From contig OZ024744.1 in the NCBI GenBank assembly GCA_964016885.1, positions 91,326,001 through 91,390,000 of the forward strand: a stretch of 64,000 bases of DNA, given 5' to 3'. The stretch is from Eledone cirrhosa (lineage: Eukaryota). Shown here in pieces: positions 41,401 to 56,400 of the stretch; the stretch's first letter is position 1, and every line of letters starts with the position of its first letter. The notes beneath the pieces were generated by a model. The model had not been told where the DNA came from. It made no database searches and worked only from the letters and a program-made list of their open reading frames with translations. The translations under genes were made by a program, and so were the position numbers.

Positions 41401-44400
41401 ATGAAACCAGTACTACGTTACATGATGTCCTGGGTACATTTCATCATGAAACCAGTACTACTTTACATGATGTACTGGGTACATTTCATCATGAAACCAG
41501 TACTACGTTACATGATGTACTGGGTACATTTCATCATGAAACCAGTACTACGTTACATGATGTCCTGGGTACATTTCATCATGAAACCAGTACTATGTTA
41601 CATGATGTACTGGGTACATTTCATCATGAAACCAGTACTACGTTACATGATGTACTGGGTACATTTCATCATGAAACCAGTACTACTTTACATGATGTAC
41701 TGGGTACATTTCATCATGAAACCAGTACTATGTTACATGATGTACTGGGTACATTTCATCATGAAACCAGTACTACTTTACATGATGTACTGGGTACATT
41801 TCATCATGAAACCAGTACTACTTTACATGATGTACTGGGTACATTTCATCATGAAACCAGTACTACTTTACATGATGTACTGGGTACATTTTATCATGAA
41901 ACCAGTACTACTTTACACGATGTACTGGGTACATTTCATCATGAAACCAGTAATACTTTACATGATGTGCTGGGTACATTTTATCATGAAACCAGTACTA
42001 CTTTACATGATGTACTGGGTACATTTCATCATGAAACCAGTACTACTTTACATGATATACTGGGTACATTTCATCATGAAAGCAATACTACTTTACATGA
42101 TGTACTGGGTACATTTCATCATGAAACCAGTACTACTTTACATGATGTACTGGGTACATTTCATCATGAAACCAGTATTACTTTACATGATGTGCTGGGT
42201 ACATTTCATCATGAAACCAGTACTACTTTACATGATGTACTGGGTACATTTCATCATGAAACCAATACTACTTTACATGATGTACTGGGTACATTTCATC
42301 ATGAAACCAGTACTACTTTACATGATGTACTGGGTACATTTCATCATGAAACCAGTATTACTTTACATGATGTGCTGGGTACATTTCATCATGAAACCAG
42401 TACTACTTTACATGATGTACTCTGTACATTTCAGCATGAAACCAGTACTACTTTACATGATGTACTGGGTACATTTCATCATGAAACCAGTACTACGTTA
42501 CATGATGTACTGGGTACATTTCATCATGAAACCAGTACTACTTTACATGATGTGCTGGGTACATTTCATCATGAAACCAGTACTACTTTACATGATGTGC
42601 TGGGTACATTTCATCATGAAACCAATACTCCTTTACATGATGTACTGGGTACATTTCATCATGAAACCAGTACTACTTTACATGATGTACTGGGTACATT
42701 TCATCATGATACCAGTACTACTTTACATGATGTACTGGGTACATTTCATCATGAAACCAGTACTACTTTACATGATGTACTGGGTACATTTCATCATGAA
42801 ATCAATACTCCTTTACATGATGTACTGGGTACATTTCATCATGAAACCAGTACTACTTTACATGATGTACTGGGTACATTTCATCATGAAACCAGTACTA
42901 CTTTACATGATGTACTCTGTACATTTCAGCATGAAACCAGTACTACTTTACACGATGTACTGGGTACATTTCATCATGAAACCAGTACTACTGTACATGA
43001 TGTACTGGGTACATTTCATCATGAAACCAGTACTACTTTACATGATGTACTGGGTACATTTCATCATGAAACCAGTAATACTTTACATGATGTACTGGGT
43101 ACATTTCATCATGAAACCAGTGCTACTTTACATGATGTACTGGGTAGATTTCATCATGAAACCAGTACTACTTTACATGATGTACTGGGTACATTTCATC
43201 ATGAAAGCAGTACTACCTTACATGATATACTGGGTACATTTCATCATGAAACCAGTACTACTTTACATGATATACTGGGTACATTTCATCATGAAACCAG
43301 TACTACTTTACATGATGTACTCTGTACATTTCATCATGAAACCAGTACTACTTTATATGATGTACTAGGTACATTTCATCATGAAACCAGTACTACTTTA
43401 TATGATGTACTAGGTATATTTCATCATGAAACCAGTACTACTTTACATGATGTACTGGGGACATTTCATCATGAAACCAGTAATACTTTACATGATGTGC
43501 TGGGTACATTTCATCATGAAACCAGTAATACTTTACATGATGTACTGGGTACATTTCATCATGAAACCAGTAATACTTTACATGATGTGCTGGGTACATT
43601 TCATCATGAAACCAGTACTACTTTACATGGTGTACTGGGTACATTTCATCATGAAACCAGTACTACTTTACATGGTGTACTGGGTACATTCTATCATGAA
43701 ACCAGTACTACTTTACATGATGTACTGGGTACATTTCATCATGAAACCAGTACTACTTTACATGATATACTGGGTACATTTCATCATGAAACCAGTACTA
43801 CTTTACATGATATACTGGGTACATTCTATCATGAAACCAGTACTACTTTACATGATGTACTGGGTACATTTTATCATGAAACCAGTACTACTTTACATGA
43901 TGTACTGGGTACATTTCATCATGAAACCAGTACTACTTTACATGATATACTGGGTACATTCTATCATGAAACCAGTACTACTTTACATGATGTACTGGGT
44001 ACATTTCATCATGAAACCAATACTCCTTTACATGATGTACTGGGTACATTTCATCATGAAACCAGTACTCCTTTACATGATGTACTGGGTACATTTCATC
44101 ATGAAACCAGTACTACTTTACATGATGTACTGGGTACATTTCATCATGAAACCAGTACTACGTTACATGATGTACTGGGTACATTTCATCATGAAACCAG
44201 TACTACGTTACATGATGTCCTGGGTACATTTCACATGAAACCAGTACTACGTTACATGATGTACTGGGTACATTTCATCATGAAACCAGTACTACTTTAC
44301 ATGATGTGCTGGGTACATTTCATCATGAAACCAGTACTACTTTACATGATGTGCTGGGTACATTTCATCATGAAACCAGTACTACTTTACATGATGTGCT

Positions 44401-47400
44401 GGGTACATTTCATCATGAAACCAATACTCCTTTACATGATGTACTGGGTACATTTCATCATGAAACCAGTACTACTTTACATGATGTACTGGGTACATTT
44501 CATCATGAAACCAGTACTACTTTACATGATGTACTGGGTACATTTCATCATGAAACCAGTACTACTTTACATGATGTACTGGGTACATTTCATCATGAAA
44601 TCAATACTCCTTTACATGATGTACTGGGTACATTTCATCATGAAACCAGTACTACTTTACATGATGTACTGGGTACATTTCATCATGAAACCAGTACTAC
44701 TTTACATGATGTACTCTGTACATTTCAGCATGAAACCAGTACTACTTTACACGATGTACTGGGTACATTTCATCATGAAACCAGTACTACTGTACATGAT
44801 GTACTGGGTACATTTCATCATGAAACCAGTACTACTTTACATGATGTACTGGGTACATTTCATCATGAAACCAGTAATACTTTACATGATGTACTGGGTA
44901 CATTTCATCATGAAACCAGTGCTACTTTACATGATGTACTGGGTAGATTTCATCATGAAACCAGTACTACTTTACATGATGTACTGGGTACATTTCATCA
45001 TGAAAGCAGTACTACCTTACATGATATACTGGGTACATTTCATCATGAAACCAGTACTACTTTACATGATATACTGGGTACATTTCATCATGAAACCAGT
45101 ACTACTTTACATGATGTACTCTGTATATTTCATCATGAAACCAGTACTACTTTATATGATGTACTAGGTACATTTCATCATGAAACCAGTACTACTTTAT
45201 ATGATGTACTAGGTATATTTCATCATGAAACCAGTACTACTTTACATGATGTACTGGGGACATTTCATCATGAAACCAGTAATACTTTACATGATGTGCT
45301 GGGTACATTTCATCATGAAACCAGTACTACTTTACATGATATACTGGGTACATTCTATCATGAAACCAGTACTACTTTACATGATGTACTGGGTACATTT
45401 CATCATGAAACCAATACTCCTTTACATGATGTACTGGGTACATTTCATCATGAAACCAGTACTCTTTTACATGATGTACTCGGTACATTTCATCATGAAA
45501 CCAGTACTACTTTACATGATGTACTGGGTACATTTCATCATGAAACCAGTACTACGTTACATGATGTACTGGGTACATTTCATCATGAAACCAGTACTAC
45601 GTTACATGATGTCCTGGGTACATTTCATCATGAAACCAGTACTATGTTACATGATGTACTGGGTACATTTCATCATGAAACCAGTACTACGTTACATGAT
45701 GTACTGGGTACATTTCATCATGAAACCAGTACTACTTTACATGATGTACTGGGTACATTTCATCATGAAACCAGTACTATGTTACATGATGTACTGGGTA
45801 CATTTCATCATGAAACCAGTACTACTTTACATGATGTACTGGGTACATTTCATCATGAAACCAGTACTACTTTACATGATGTACTGGGTACATTTCATCA
45901 TGAAACCAGTACTACTTTACATGATGTACTGGGTACATTTTATCATGAAACCAGTACTACTTTACACGATGTACTGGGTACATTTCATCATGAAACCAGT
46001 AATACTTTACATGATGTGCTGGGTACATTTCATCATGAAACCAGTACTACTTTACATGATGTACTGGGTACATTTCATCATGAAACCAGTACTACTTTAC
46101 ATGATATACTGGGTACATTTCATCATGAAACCAATACTACTTTACATGATGTACTGGGTACATTTCATCATGAAACCAGTACTACTTTACATGATGTACT
46201 GGGTACATTTCATCATGAAACCAGTATTACTTTACATGATGTGCTGGGTACATTTCATCATGAAACCAGTACTACTTTACATGATGTACTCTGTACATTT
46301 CAGCATGAAACCAGTACTACTTTACATGATGTACTGGGTACATTTCATCATGAAACCAGTACTACGTTACATGATGTACTGGGTACATTTCATCATGAAA
46401 CCAGTACTACTTTACATGATGTGCTGGGTACATTTCATCATGAAACCAGTACTACTTTACATGATGTGCTGGGTACATTTCATCATGAAACCAATACACC
46501 TTTACATGATGTACTGGGTACATTTCATCATGAAACCAGTACTACTTTACATGATGTACTGGGTACATTTCATCATGAAACCAGTACTACTTTACATGAT
46601 GTACTGGGTACATTTCATCATGAAATCAATACTCCTTTACATGATGTACTGGGTACATTTCATCATGAAACCAGTACTACTTTACATGATGTACTGGGTA
46701 CATTTCATCATGAAATCAGTACTACTTTACATGATGTACTCTGTACATTTCAGCATGAAACCAGTACTACTTTACACGATGTACTGGGTACATTTCATCA
46801 TGAAACCAGTACTACTGTACATGATGTACTGGGTACATTTCATCATGAAACCAGTACTACTTTACATGATGTACTGGGTACATTTCATCATGAAACCAGT
46901 AATAGTTTACATGATGTACTGGGTACATTTCATCATGAAACCAGTGCTACTTTACATGATGTACTTGGTAGATTTCATCATGAAACCAGTACTACTTTAC
47001 ATGATGTACTGGGTACATTTCATCATGAAAGCAGTACTACCTTACATGATATACTGGGTACATTTCATCATGAAACCAGTACTACTTTACATGATATACT
47101 GGGTACATTTCATCATGAAACCAGTACTACTTTACATGATGTACTCTGTACATTTCATCATGAAACCAGTACTACTTTATATGATGTACTAGGTACATTT
47201 CATCATGAAACCAGTACTACTTTACATGGTGTACTGGGTACATTTCATCATGAAACCAGTACTACTTTACATGGTGTACTGGGTACATTCTATCATGAAA
47301 CCAGTACTACTTTACATGATGTACTGGGTACATTTCATCATGAAACCAGTACTACTTTACATGATATACTGGGTACATTTCATCATGAAACCAGTACTAC

Positions 47401-50400
47401 TTTACATGATATACTGGGTACATTCTATCATGAAACCAGTACTACTTTACATGATGTACTGGGTACATTTTATCATGAAACCAGTACTACTTTACATGAT
47501 GTACTGGGTACATTTCATCATGAAACCAGTACTACTTTACATGATATACTGGGTACATTCTATCATGAAACCAATACTACTTTACATGATGTACTGGGTA
47601 CATTTCATCATGAAACCAATACTCCTTTACATGATGTACTGGGTACATTTCATCATGAAACCAGTACTCCTTTACATGATGTACTGGGTACATTTCATCA
47701 TGAAACCAGTACTACTTTACATGATGTACTGGGTACATTTCATCATGAAACCAGTACTACGTTACATGATGTACTGGGTACATTTCATCATGAAACCAGT
47801 ACTACGTTACATGATGTCCTGGGTACATTTCATCATGAAACCAGTACTACTTTACATGATGTACTGGGTACATTTCATCATGAAACCAGTACTACGTTAC
47901 ATGATGTACTGGGTACATTTCATCATGAAACCAGTACTACTTTACATGATGTACTGGGTACATTTCATCATGAAACCAGTACTATGTTACATGATGTACT
48001 GGGTACATTTCATCATGAAACCAGTACTACTTTACATGATGTACTGGGTACATTTCATCATGAAACCAGTGCTACTTTACATGATGTACTGGGTACATTT
48101 CATCATGAAACCAGTACTACTTTACATGATGTCCTGGGTACATTTCATCATGAAACCAGTACTACTTTACATGATGTACTGGGTACATTTCATCATGAAA
48201 CCAGTACTACTTTACATGATGTACTGGGTACATTTCATCATGGAACCAGTACTACTTTACATGATGTACTGGGTACATTTCATCATGAAACCAGTACTAC
48301 TTTACATGATGTACTGGGTACATTTCATCATGAAACCAGTACTACTTTACATGATGTACTGGGTTCATTTCATCATGAAACCAGTACTACTTTACATGAT
48401 GTACTGGGTACATTTCATCATGAAACCAGTACTACTTTACATGATGTACTGGGTACATTTCATCATGAAACCAGTACTACTTTACATGATGTACTGGGTT
48501 CATTTCATCATGAAACCAGTACTACGTTACATGATGTACTGGGTACATTTCATCATGGAACCAGTACTACTTTACATGATGTACTGGGTACATTTCATCA
48601 TGGAACCAGTACTACTTTACATGATGTACTGGGTACATTTCATCATGAAACCAATACTACTTTACATGATGTACTGGGTACATTTCATCATGGAACCAGT
48701 ACTACTTTACATGATGTACTGGGTACATTTCATCATGAAACCAGTATTACTTTACATGATGTGCTGGGTACATTTCATCATGAAACCAGTACTACTTTAC
48801 ATGATGTACTGGGTACATTTCATCATGAAACCAGTATTACTTTACATGATGTACTGGGTACATTTCATCATGAAACCAGTACTACTTTACATGATGTACT
48901 GGGTACATTTCATCATGAAACCAGTATTACTTTACATGATGTGCTGGGTACATTTCATCATGAAACCAGTACTACTTTACATGATATACTGGGTACATTC
49001 TATCATGAAACCAGTACTACTTTACATGATGTACTGGGTACATTTCATCATGAAACCAATACTCCTTTACATGATGTACTGGGTACATTTCATCATGAAA
49101 CCAGTACTCCTTTACATGATGTACTGGGTACATTTCATCATGAAACCAGTACTACTTTACATGATGTACTGGGTACATTTCATCATGAAACCAGTACTAC
49201 TTTACATGATGTACTGGGTACATTTCATCATGAAACCAGTATTACTTTACATGATGTACTGGGTACATTTCATCATGAAACCAGTACTACTTTACATGAT
49301 GTACTGGGTACATTTCATCATGAAACCAGTATTACTTTACATGATGTGCTGGGTACATTTCATCATGAAACCAGTACTACTTTACATGATGAACTGGGTA
49401 CATTTCATCATGAAACCAATACTCCTTTACATGATGTACTGGGTACATTTCATCATGAAACCAGTACTACTTTACATGATGTACTGGGTACATTTCATCA
49501 TGAAACCAGTACTACTTTACATGATGTACTCTGTACATTTCAGCATGAAACCAGTACTACTTTACACGATGTACTGGGTACATTTCATCATGAAACCAGT
49601 ACTACTGTACATGATGTACTGGGTACATTTCATCATGAAACCAGTACTACTTTACATGATGTACTGGGTACATTTCATCATGAAACCAGTACTACTTTAC
49701 ATGATGTACTGGGTACATTTCATCATGAAAGCAGTACTACCTTACATGATATACTGGGTACATTTCATCATGAAACCAGTACTACTTTACATGATATACT
49801 GGGTACATTTCATCATGAAACCAGTACTACTTTACATGATGTACTCTGTACATTTCATCATGAAACCAGTACTACTTTATATGATGTACTAGGTACATTT
49901 CATCATGAAACCAGTACTACTTTATATGATGTACTAGGTATATTTCATCATGAAACCAGTACTACTTTACATGATGTACTGGGGACATTTCATCATGAAA
50001 CCAGTAATACGTTACATGATGTGCTGGGTACATTTCATCATGAAACCAGTAATACTTTACATGATGTACTGGGTACATTTCATCATGAAACCAGTAATAC
50101 TTTACATGATGTGCTGGGTACATTTCATCATGAAACCAGTACTACTTTACATGGTGTACTGGGTACATTTCATCATGAAACCAGTACTACTTTACATGGT
50201 GTACTGGGTACATTCTATCATGAAACCAGTACTACTTTACATGATGTACTGGGTACATTTCATCATGAAACCAGTACTACTTTACATGATATACTGGGTA
50301 CATTTCATCATGAAACCAGTACTACTTTACATGATATACTGGGTACATTCTATCATGAAACCAGTACTACTTTACATGATGTACTGGGTACATTTTATCA

Positions 50401-53400
50401 TGAAACCAGTACTACTTTACATGATGTACTGGGTACATTTCATCATGAAACCAGTACTACTTTACATGATATACTGGGTACATTCTATCATGAAACCAGT
50501 ACTACTTTACATGATGTACTGGGTACATTTCATCATGAAACCAATACTCCTTTACATGATGTACTGGGTACATTTCATCATGAAACCAGTACTCCTTTAC
50601 ATGATGTACTGGGTACATTTCATCATGAAACCAGTACTACTTTACATGATGTACTGGGTACATTTCATCATGAAACCAGTACTATGTTACATGATGTACT
50701 GGGTACATTTCATCATGAAACCAGTACTACGTTACATGATGTCCTGGGTACATTTCATCATGAAACCAGTACTACTTTACATGATGTACTGGGTACATTT
50801 CATCATGAAACCAGTACTACGTTACATGATGTACTGGGTACATTTCATCATGAAACCAGTACTACGTTACATGATGTCCTGGGTACATTTCATCATGAAA
50901 CCAGTACTATGTTACATGATGTACTGGGTACATTTCATCATGAAACCAGTACTACGTTACATGATGTACTGGGTACATTTCATCATGAAACCAGTACTAC
51001 TTTACATGATGTACTGGGTACATTTCATCATGAAACCAGTACTATGTTACATGATGTACTGGGTACATTTCATCATGAAACCAGTACTACTTTACATGAT
51101 GTACTGGGTACATTTCATCATGAAACCAGTACTACTTTACATGATGTACTGGGTACATTTCATCATGAAACCAGTACTACTTTACATGATGTACTGGGTA
51201 CATTTTATCATGAAACCAGTACTACTTTACACGATGTACTGGGTACATTTCATCATGAAACCAGTAATACTTTACATGATGTGCTGGGTAGATTTCATCA
51301 TGAAACCAGTACTACTTTACATGATGTACTGGGTACATTTCATCATGAAACCAGTACTACTTTACATGATATACTGGGTACATTTCATCATGAAAGCAAT
51401 ACTACTTTACATGATGTACTGGGTACATTTCATCATGAAACCAGTACTACTTTACATGATGTACTGGGTACATTTCATCATGAAACCAGTATTACTTTAC
51501 ATGATGTGCTGGGTACATTTCATCATGAAACCAGTACTACTTTACATGATGTACTGGGTACATTTCATCATGAAACCAATACTACTTTACATGATGTACT
51601 GGGTACATTTCATCATGAAACCAGTACTACTTTACATGATGTACTGGGTACATTTCATCATGAAACCAGTATTACTTTACATGATGTGCTGGGTACATTT
51701 CATCATGAAACCAGTACTACTTTACATGATGTACTCTGTACATTTCAGCATGAAACCAGTACTACTTTACATGATGTACTGGGTACATTTCATCATGAAA
51801 CCAGTACTACGTTACATGATGTACTGGGTACATTTCATCATGAAACCAGTACTACTTTACATGATGTGCTGGGTACATTTCATCATGAAACCAGTACTAC
51901 TTTACATGATGTGCTGGGTACATTTCATCATGAAACCAATACTCCTTTACATGATGTACTGGGTACATTTCATCATGAAACCAGTACTACTTTACATGAT
52001 GTAATGGGTACATTTCATCATGAAACCAGTACTACTTTACATGATGTACTGGGTACATTTCATCATGAAACCAGTACTACTTTACATGATGTACTGGGTA
52101 CATTTCATCATGAAATCAATACTCCTTTACATGATGTACTGGGTACATTTCATCATGAAACCAGTACTACTTTACATGATGTACTGGGTACATTTCATCA
52201 TGAAACCAGTACTACTTTACATGATGTACTCTGTACATTTCAGCATGAAACCAGTACTACTTTACACGATGTACTGGGTACATTTCATCATGAAACCAGT
52301 ACTACTGTACATGATGTACTGGGTACATTTCATCATGAAACCAGTACTACTTTACATGATGTACTGGGTACATTTCATCATGAAACCAGTAATACTTTAC
52401 ATGATGTACTGGGTACATTTCATCATGAAACCAGTGCTACTTTACATGATGTACTGGGTAGATTTCATCATGAAACCAGTACTACTTTACATGATGTACT
52501 GGGTACATTTCATCATGAAAGCAGTACTACCTTACATGATATACTGGGTACATTTCATCATGAAACCAGTACTACTTTACATGATATACTGGGTACATTT
52601 CATCATGAAACCAGTACTACTTTACATGATGTACTCTGTACATTTCATCATGAAACCAGTACTACTTTATATGATGTACTAGGTACATTTCATCATGAAA
52701 CCAGTACTACTTTATATGATGTACTAGGTATATTTCATCATGAAACCAGTACTACTTTACATGATGTACTGGGGACATTTCATCATGAAACCAGTAATAC
52801 TTTACATGATGTGCTGGGTACATTTCATCATGAAACCAGTAATACTTTACATGATGTACTGGGTACATTTCATCATGAAACCAGTAATACTTTACATGAT
52901 GTGCTGGGTACATTTCATCATGAAACCAGTACTACTTTACATGGTGTACTGGGTACATTTCATCATGAAACCAGTACTACTTTACATGGTGTACTGGGTA
53001 CATTCTATCATGAAACCAGTACTACTTTACATGATGTACTGGGTACATTTCATCATGAAACCAGTACTACTTTACATGATATACTGGGTACATTTCATCA
53101 TGAAACCAGTACTACTTTACATGATATACTGGGTACATTCTATCATGAAACCAGTACTACTTTACATGATGTACTGGGTACATTTTATCATGAAACCAGT
53201 ACTACTTTACATGATGTACTGGGTACATTTCATCATGAAACCAGTACTACTTTACATGATATACTGGGTACATTCTATCATGAAACCAGTACTACTTTAC
53301 ATGATGTACTGGGTACATTTCATCATGAAACCAATACTCCTTTACATGATGTACTGGGTACATTTCATCATGAAACCAGTACTCCTTTACATGATGTACT

Positions 53401-56400
53401 GGGTACATTTCATCATGAAACCAGTACTACTTTACATGATGTACTGGGTACATTTCATCATGAAACCAGTACTACGTTACATGATGTACTGGGTACATTT
53501 CATCATGAAACCAGTACTACGTTACATGATGTCCTGGGTACATTTCATCATGAAACCAGTACTACGTTACATGATGTACTGGGTACATTTCATCATGAAA
53601 CCAGTACTACTTTACATGATGTGCTGGGTACATTTCATCATGAAACCAGTACTACTTTACATGATGTGCTGGGTACATTTCATCATGAAACCAATACTCC
53701 TTTACATGATGTACTGGGTACATTTCATCATGAAACCAGTACTACTTTACATGATGTACTGGGTACATTTCATCATGAAACCAGTACTACTTTACATGAT
53801 GTACTGGGTACATTTCATCATGAAACCAGTACTACTTTACATGATGTACTGGGTACATTTCATCATGAAATCAATACTCCTTTACATGATGTACTGGGTA
53901 CATTTCATCATGAAACCAGTACTACTTTACATGATGTACTGGGTACATTTCATCATGAAACCAGTACTACTTTACATGATGTACTCTGTACATTTCAGCA
54001 TGAAACCAGTACTACTTTACACGATGTACTGGGTACATTTCATCATGAAACCAGTACTACTGTACATGATGTACTGGGTACATTTCATCATGAAACCAGT
54101 ACTACTTTACATGATGTACTGGGTACATTTCATCATGAAACCAGTAATACTTTACATGATGTACTGGGTACATTTCATCATGAAACCAGTGCTACTTTAC
54201 ATGATGTACTGGGTAGATTTCATCATGAAACCAGTACTACTTTACATGATGTACTGGGTACATTTCATCATGAAAGCAGTACTACCTTACATGATATACT
54301 GGGTACATTTCATCATGAAACCAGTACTACTTTACATGATATACTGGGTACATTTCATCATGAAACCAGTACTACTTTACATGATGTACTCTGTACATTT
54401 CATCATGAAACCAGTACTACTTTATATGATGTACTAGGTACATTTCATCATGAAACCAGTACTACTTTATATGATGTACTAGGTATATTTCATCATGAAA
54501 CCAGTACTACTTTACATGATGTACTGGGGACATTTCATCATGAAACCAGTAATACTTTACATGATGTGCTGGGTACATTTCATCATGAAACCAGTAATAC
54601 TTTACATGATGTACTGGGTACATTTCATCATGAAACCAGTAATACTTTACATGATGTGCTGGGTACATTTCATCATGAAACCAGTACTACTTTACATGGT
54701 GTACTGGGTACATTTCATCATGAAACCAGTACTACTTTACATGGTGTACTGGGTACATTCTATCATGAAACCAGTACTACTTTACATGATGTACTGGGTA
54801 CATTTCATCATGAAACCAGTACTACTGTACATGATATACTGGGTACATTTCATCATGAAACCAGTACTACTTTACATGATATACTGGGTACATTCTATCA
54901 TGAAACCAGTACTACTTTACATGATGTACTGGGTACATTTTATCATGAAACCAGTACTACTTTACATGATGTACTGGGTACATTTCATCATGAAACCAGT
55001 ACTACTTTACATGATATACTGGGTACATTCTATCATGAAACCAGTACTACTTTACATGATGTACTGGGTACATTTCATCATGAAACCAGTACTACTTTAC
55101 ATGATATACTGGGTACATTTCATCATGAAACCAGTACTACTTTACATGATGTACTCTGTACATTTCATCATGAAACCAGTACTACTTTATATGATGTACT
55201 AGGTACATTTCATCATGAAACCAGTACTACTTTATATGATGTACTAGGTATATTTCATCATGAAACCAGTACTACTTTACATGATGTACTGGGGACATTT
55301 CATCATGAAACCAGTAATACTTTACATGATGTGCTGGGTACATTTCATCATGAAACCAGTAATACTTTACATGATGTACTGGGTACATTTCATCATGAAA
55401 CCAGTAATACTTTACATGATGTGCTGGGTACATTTCATCATGAAACCAGTACTACTTTACATGGTGTACTGGGTACATTTCATCATGAAACCAGTACTAC
55501 TTTACATGGTGTACTGGGTACATTCTATCATGAAACCAGTACTACTTTACATGATGTACTGGGTACATTTCATCATGAAACCAGTACTACTTTACATGAT
55601 ATACTGGGTACATTTCATCATGAAACCAGTACTACTTTACATGATATACTGGGTACATTCTATCATGAAACCAGTACTACTTTACATGATGTACTGGGTA
55701 CATTTTATCATGAAACCAGTACTACTTTACATGATGTGCTGGGTACATTTCATCATGAAACCAATACTCCTTTACATGATGTACTGGGTACATTTCATCA
55801 TGAAACCAGTACTACTTTACATGATGTACTGGGTACATTTCATCATGAAACCAGTACTACTTTACATGATGTACTGGGTACATTTCATCATGAAACCAGT
55901 ACTACTTTACATGATGTACTGGGTACATTTCATCATGAAATCAATACTCCTTTACATGATGTACTGGGTACATTTCATCATGAAACCAGTACTACTTTAC
56001 ATGATGTACTGGGTACATTTCATCATGAAACCAGTACTACTTTACATGATGTACTCTGTACATTTCAGCATGAAACCAGTACTACTTTACACGATGTACT
56101 GGGTACATTTCATCATGAAACCAGTACTACTGTACATGATGTACTGGGTACATTTCATCATGAAACCAGTACTACTTTACATGATGTACTGGGTACATTT
56201 CATCATGAAACCAGTAATACTTTACATGATGTACTGGGTACATTTCATCATGAAACCAGTGCTACTTTACATGATGTACTGGGTAGATTTCATCATGAAA
56301 CCAGTACTACTTTACATGATGTACTGGGTACATTTCATCATGAAAGCAGTACTACCTTACATGATATACTGGGTACATTTCATCATGAAACCAGTACTAC

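Noticed and set aside
8339-45167. 6921-aa, 4711-aa, 1186-aa and 1031-aa ORFs as annotated genes
   Set aside because: They switch between two repeat peptides at 1-bp indels and are translations of a stop-free 45-bp unit with no recognisable domain. Kept only as a low-probability finding.
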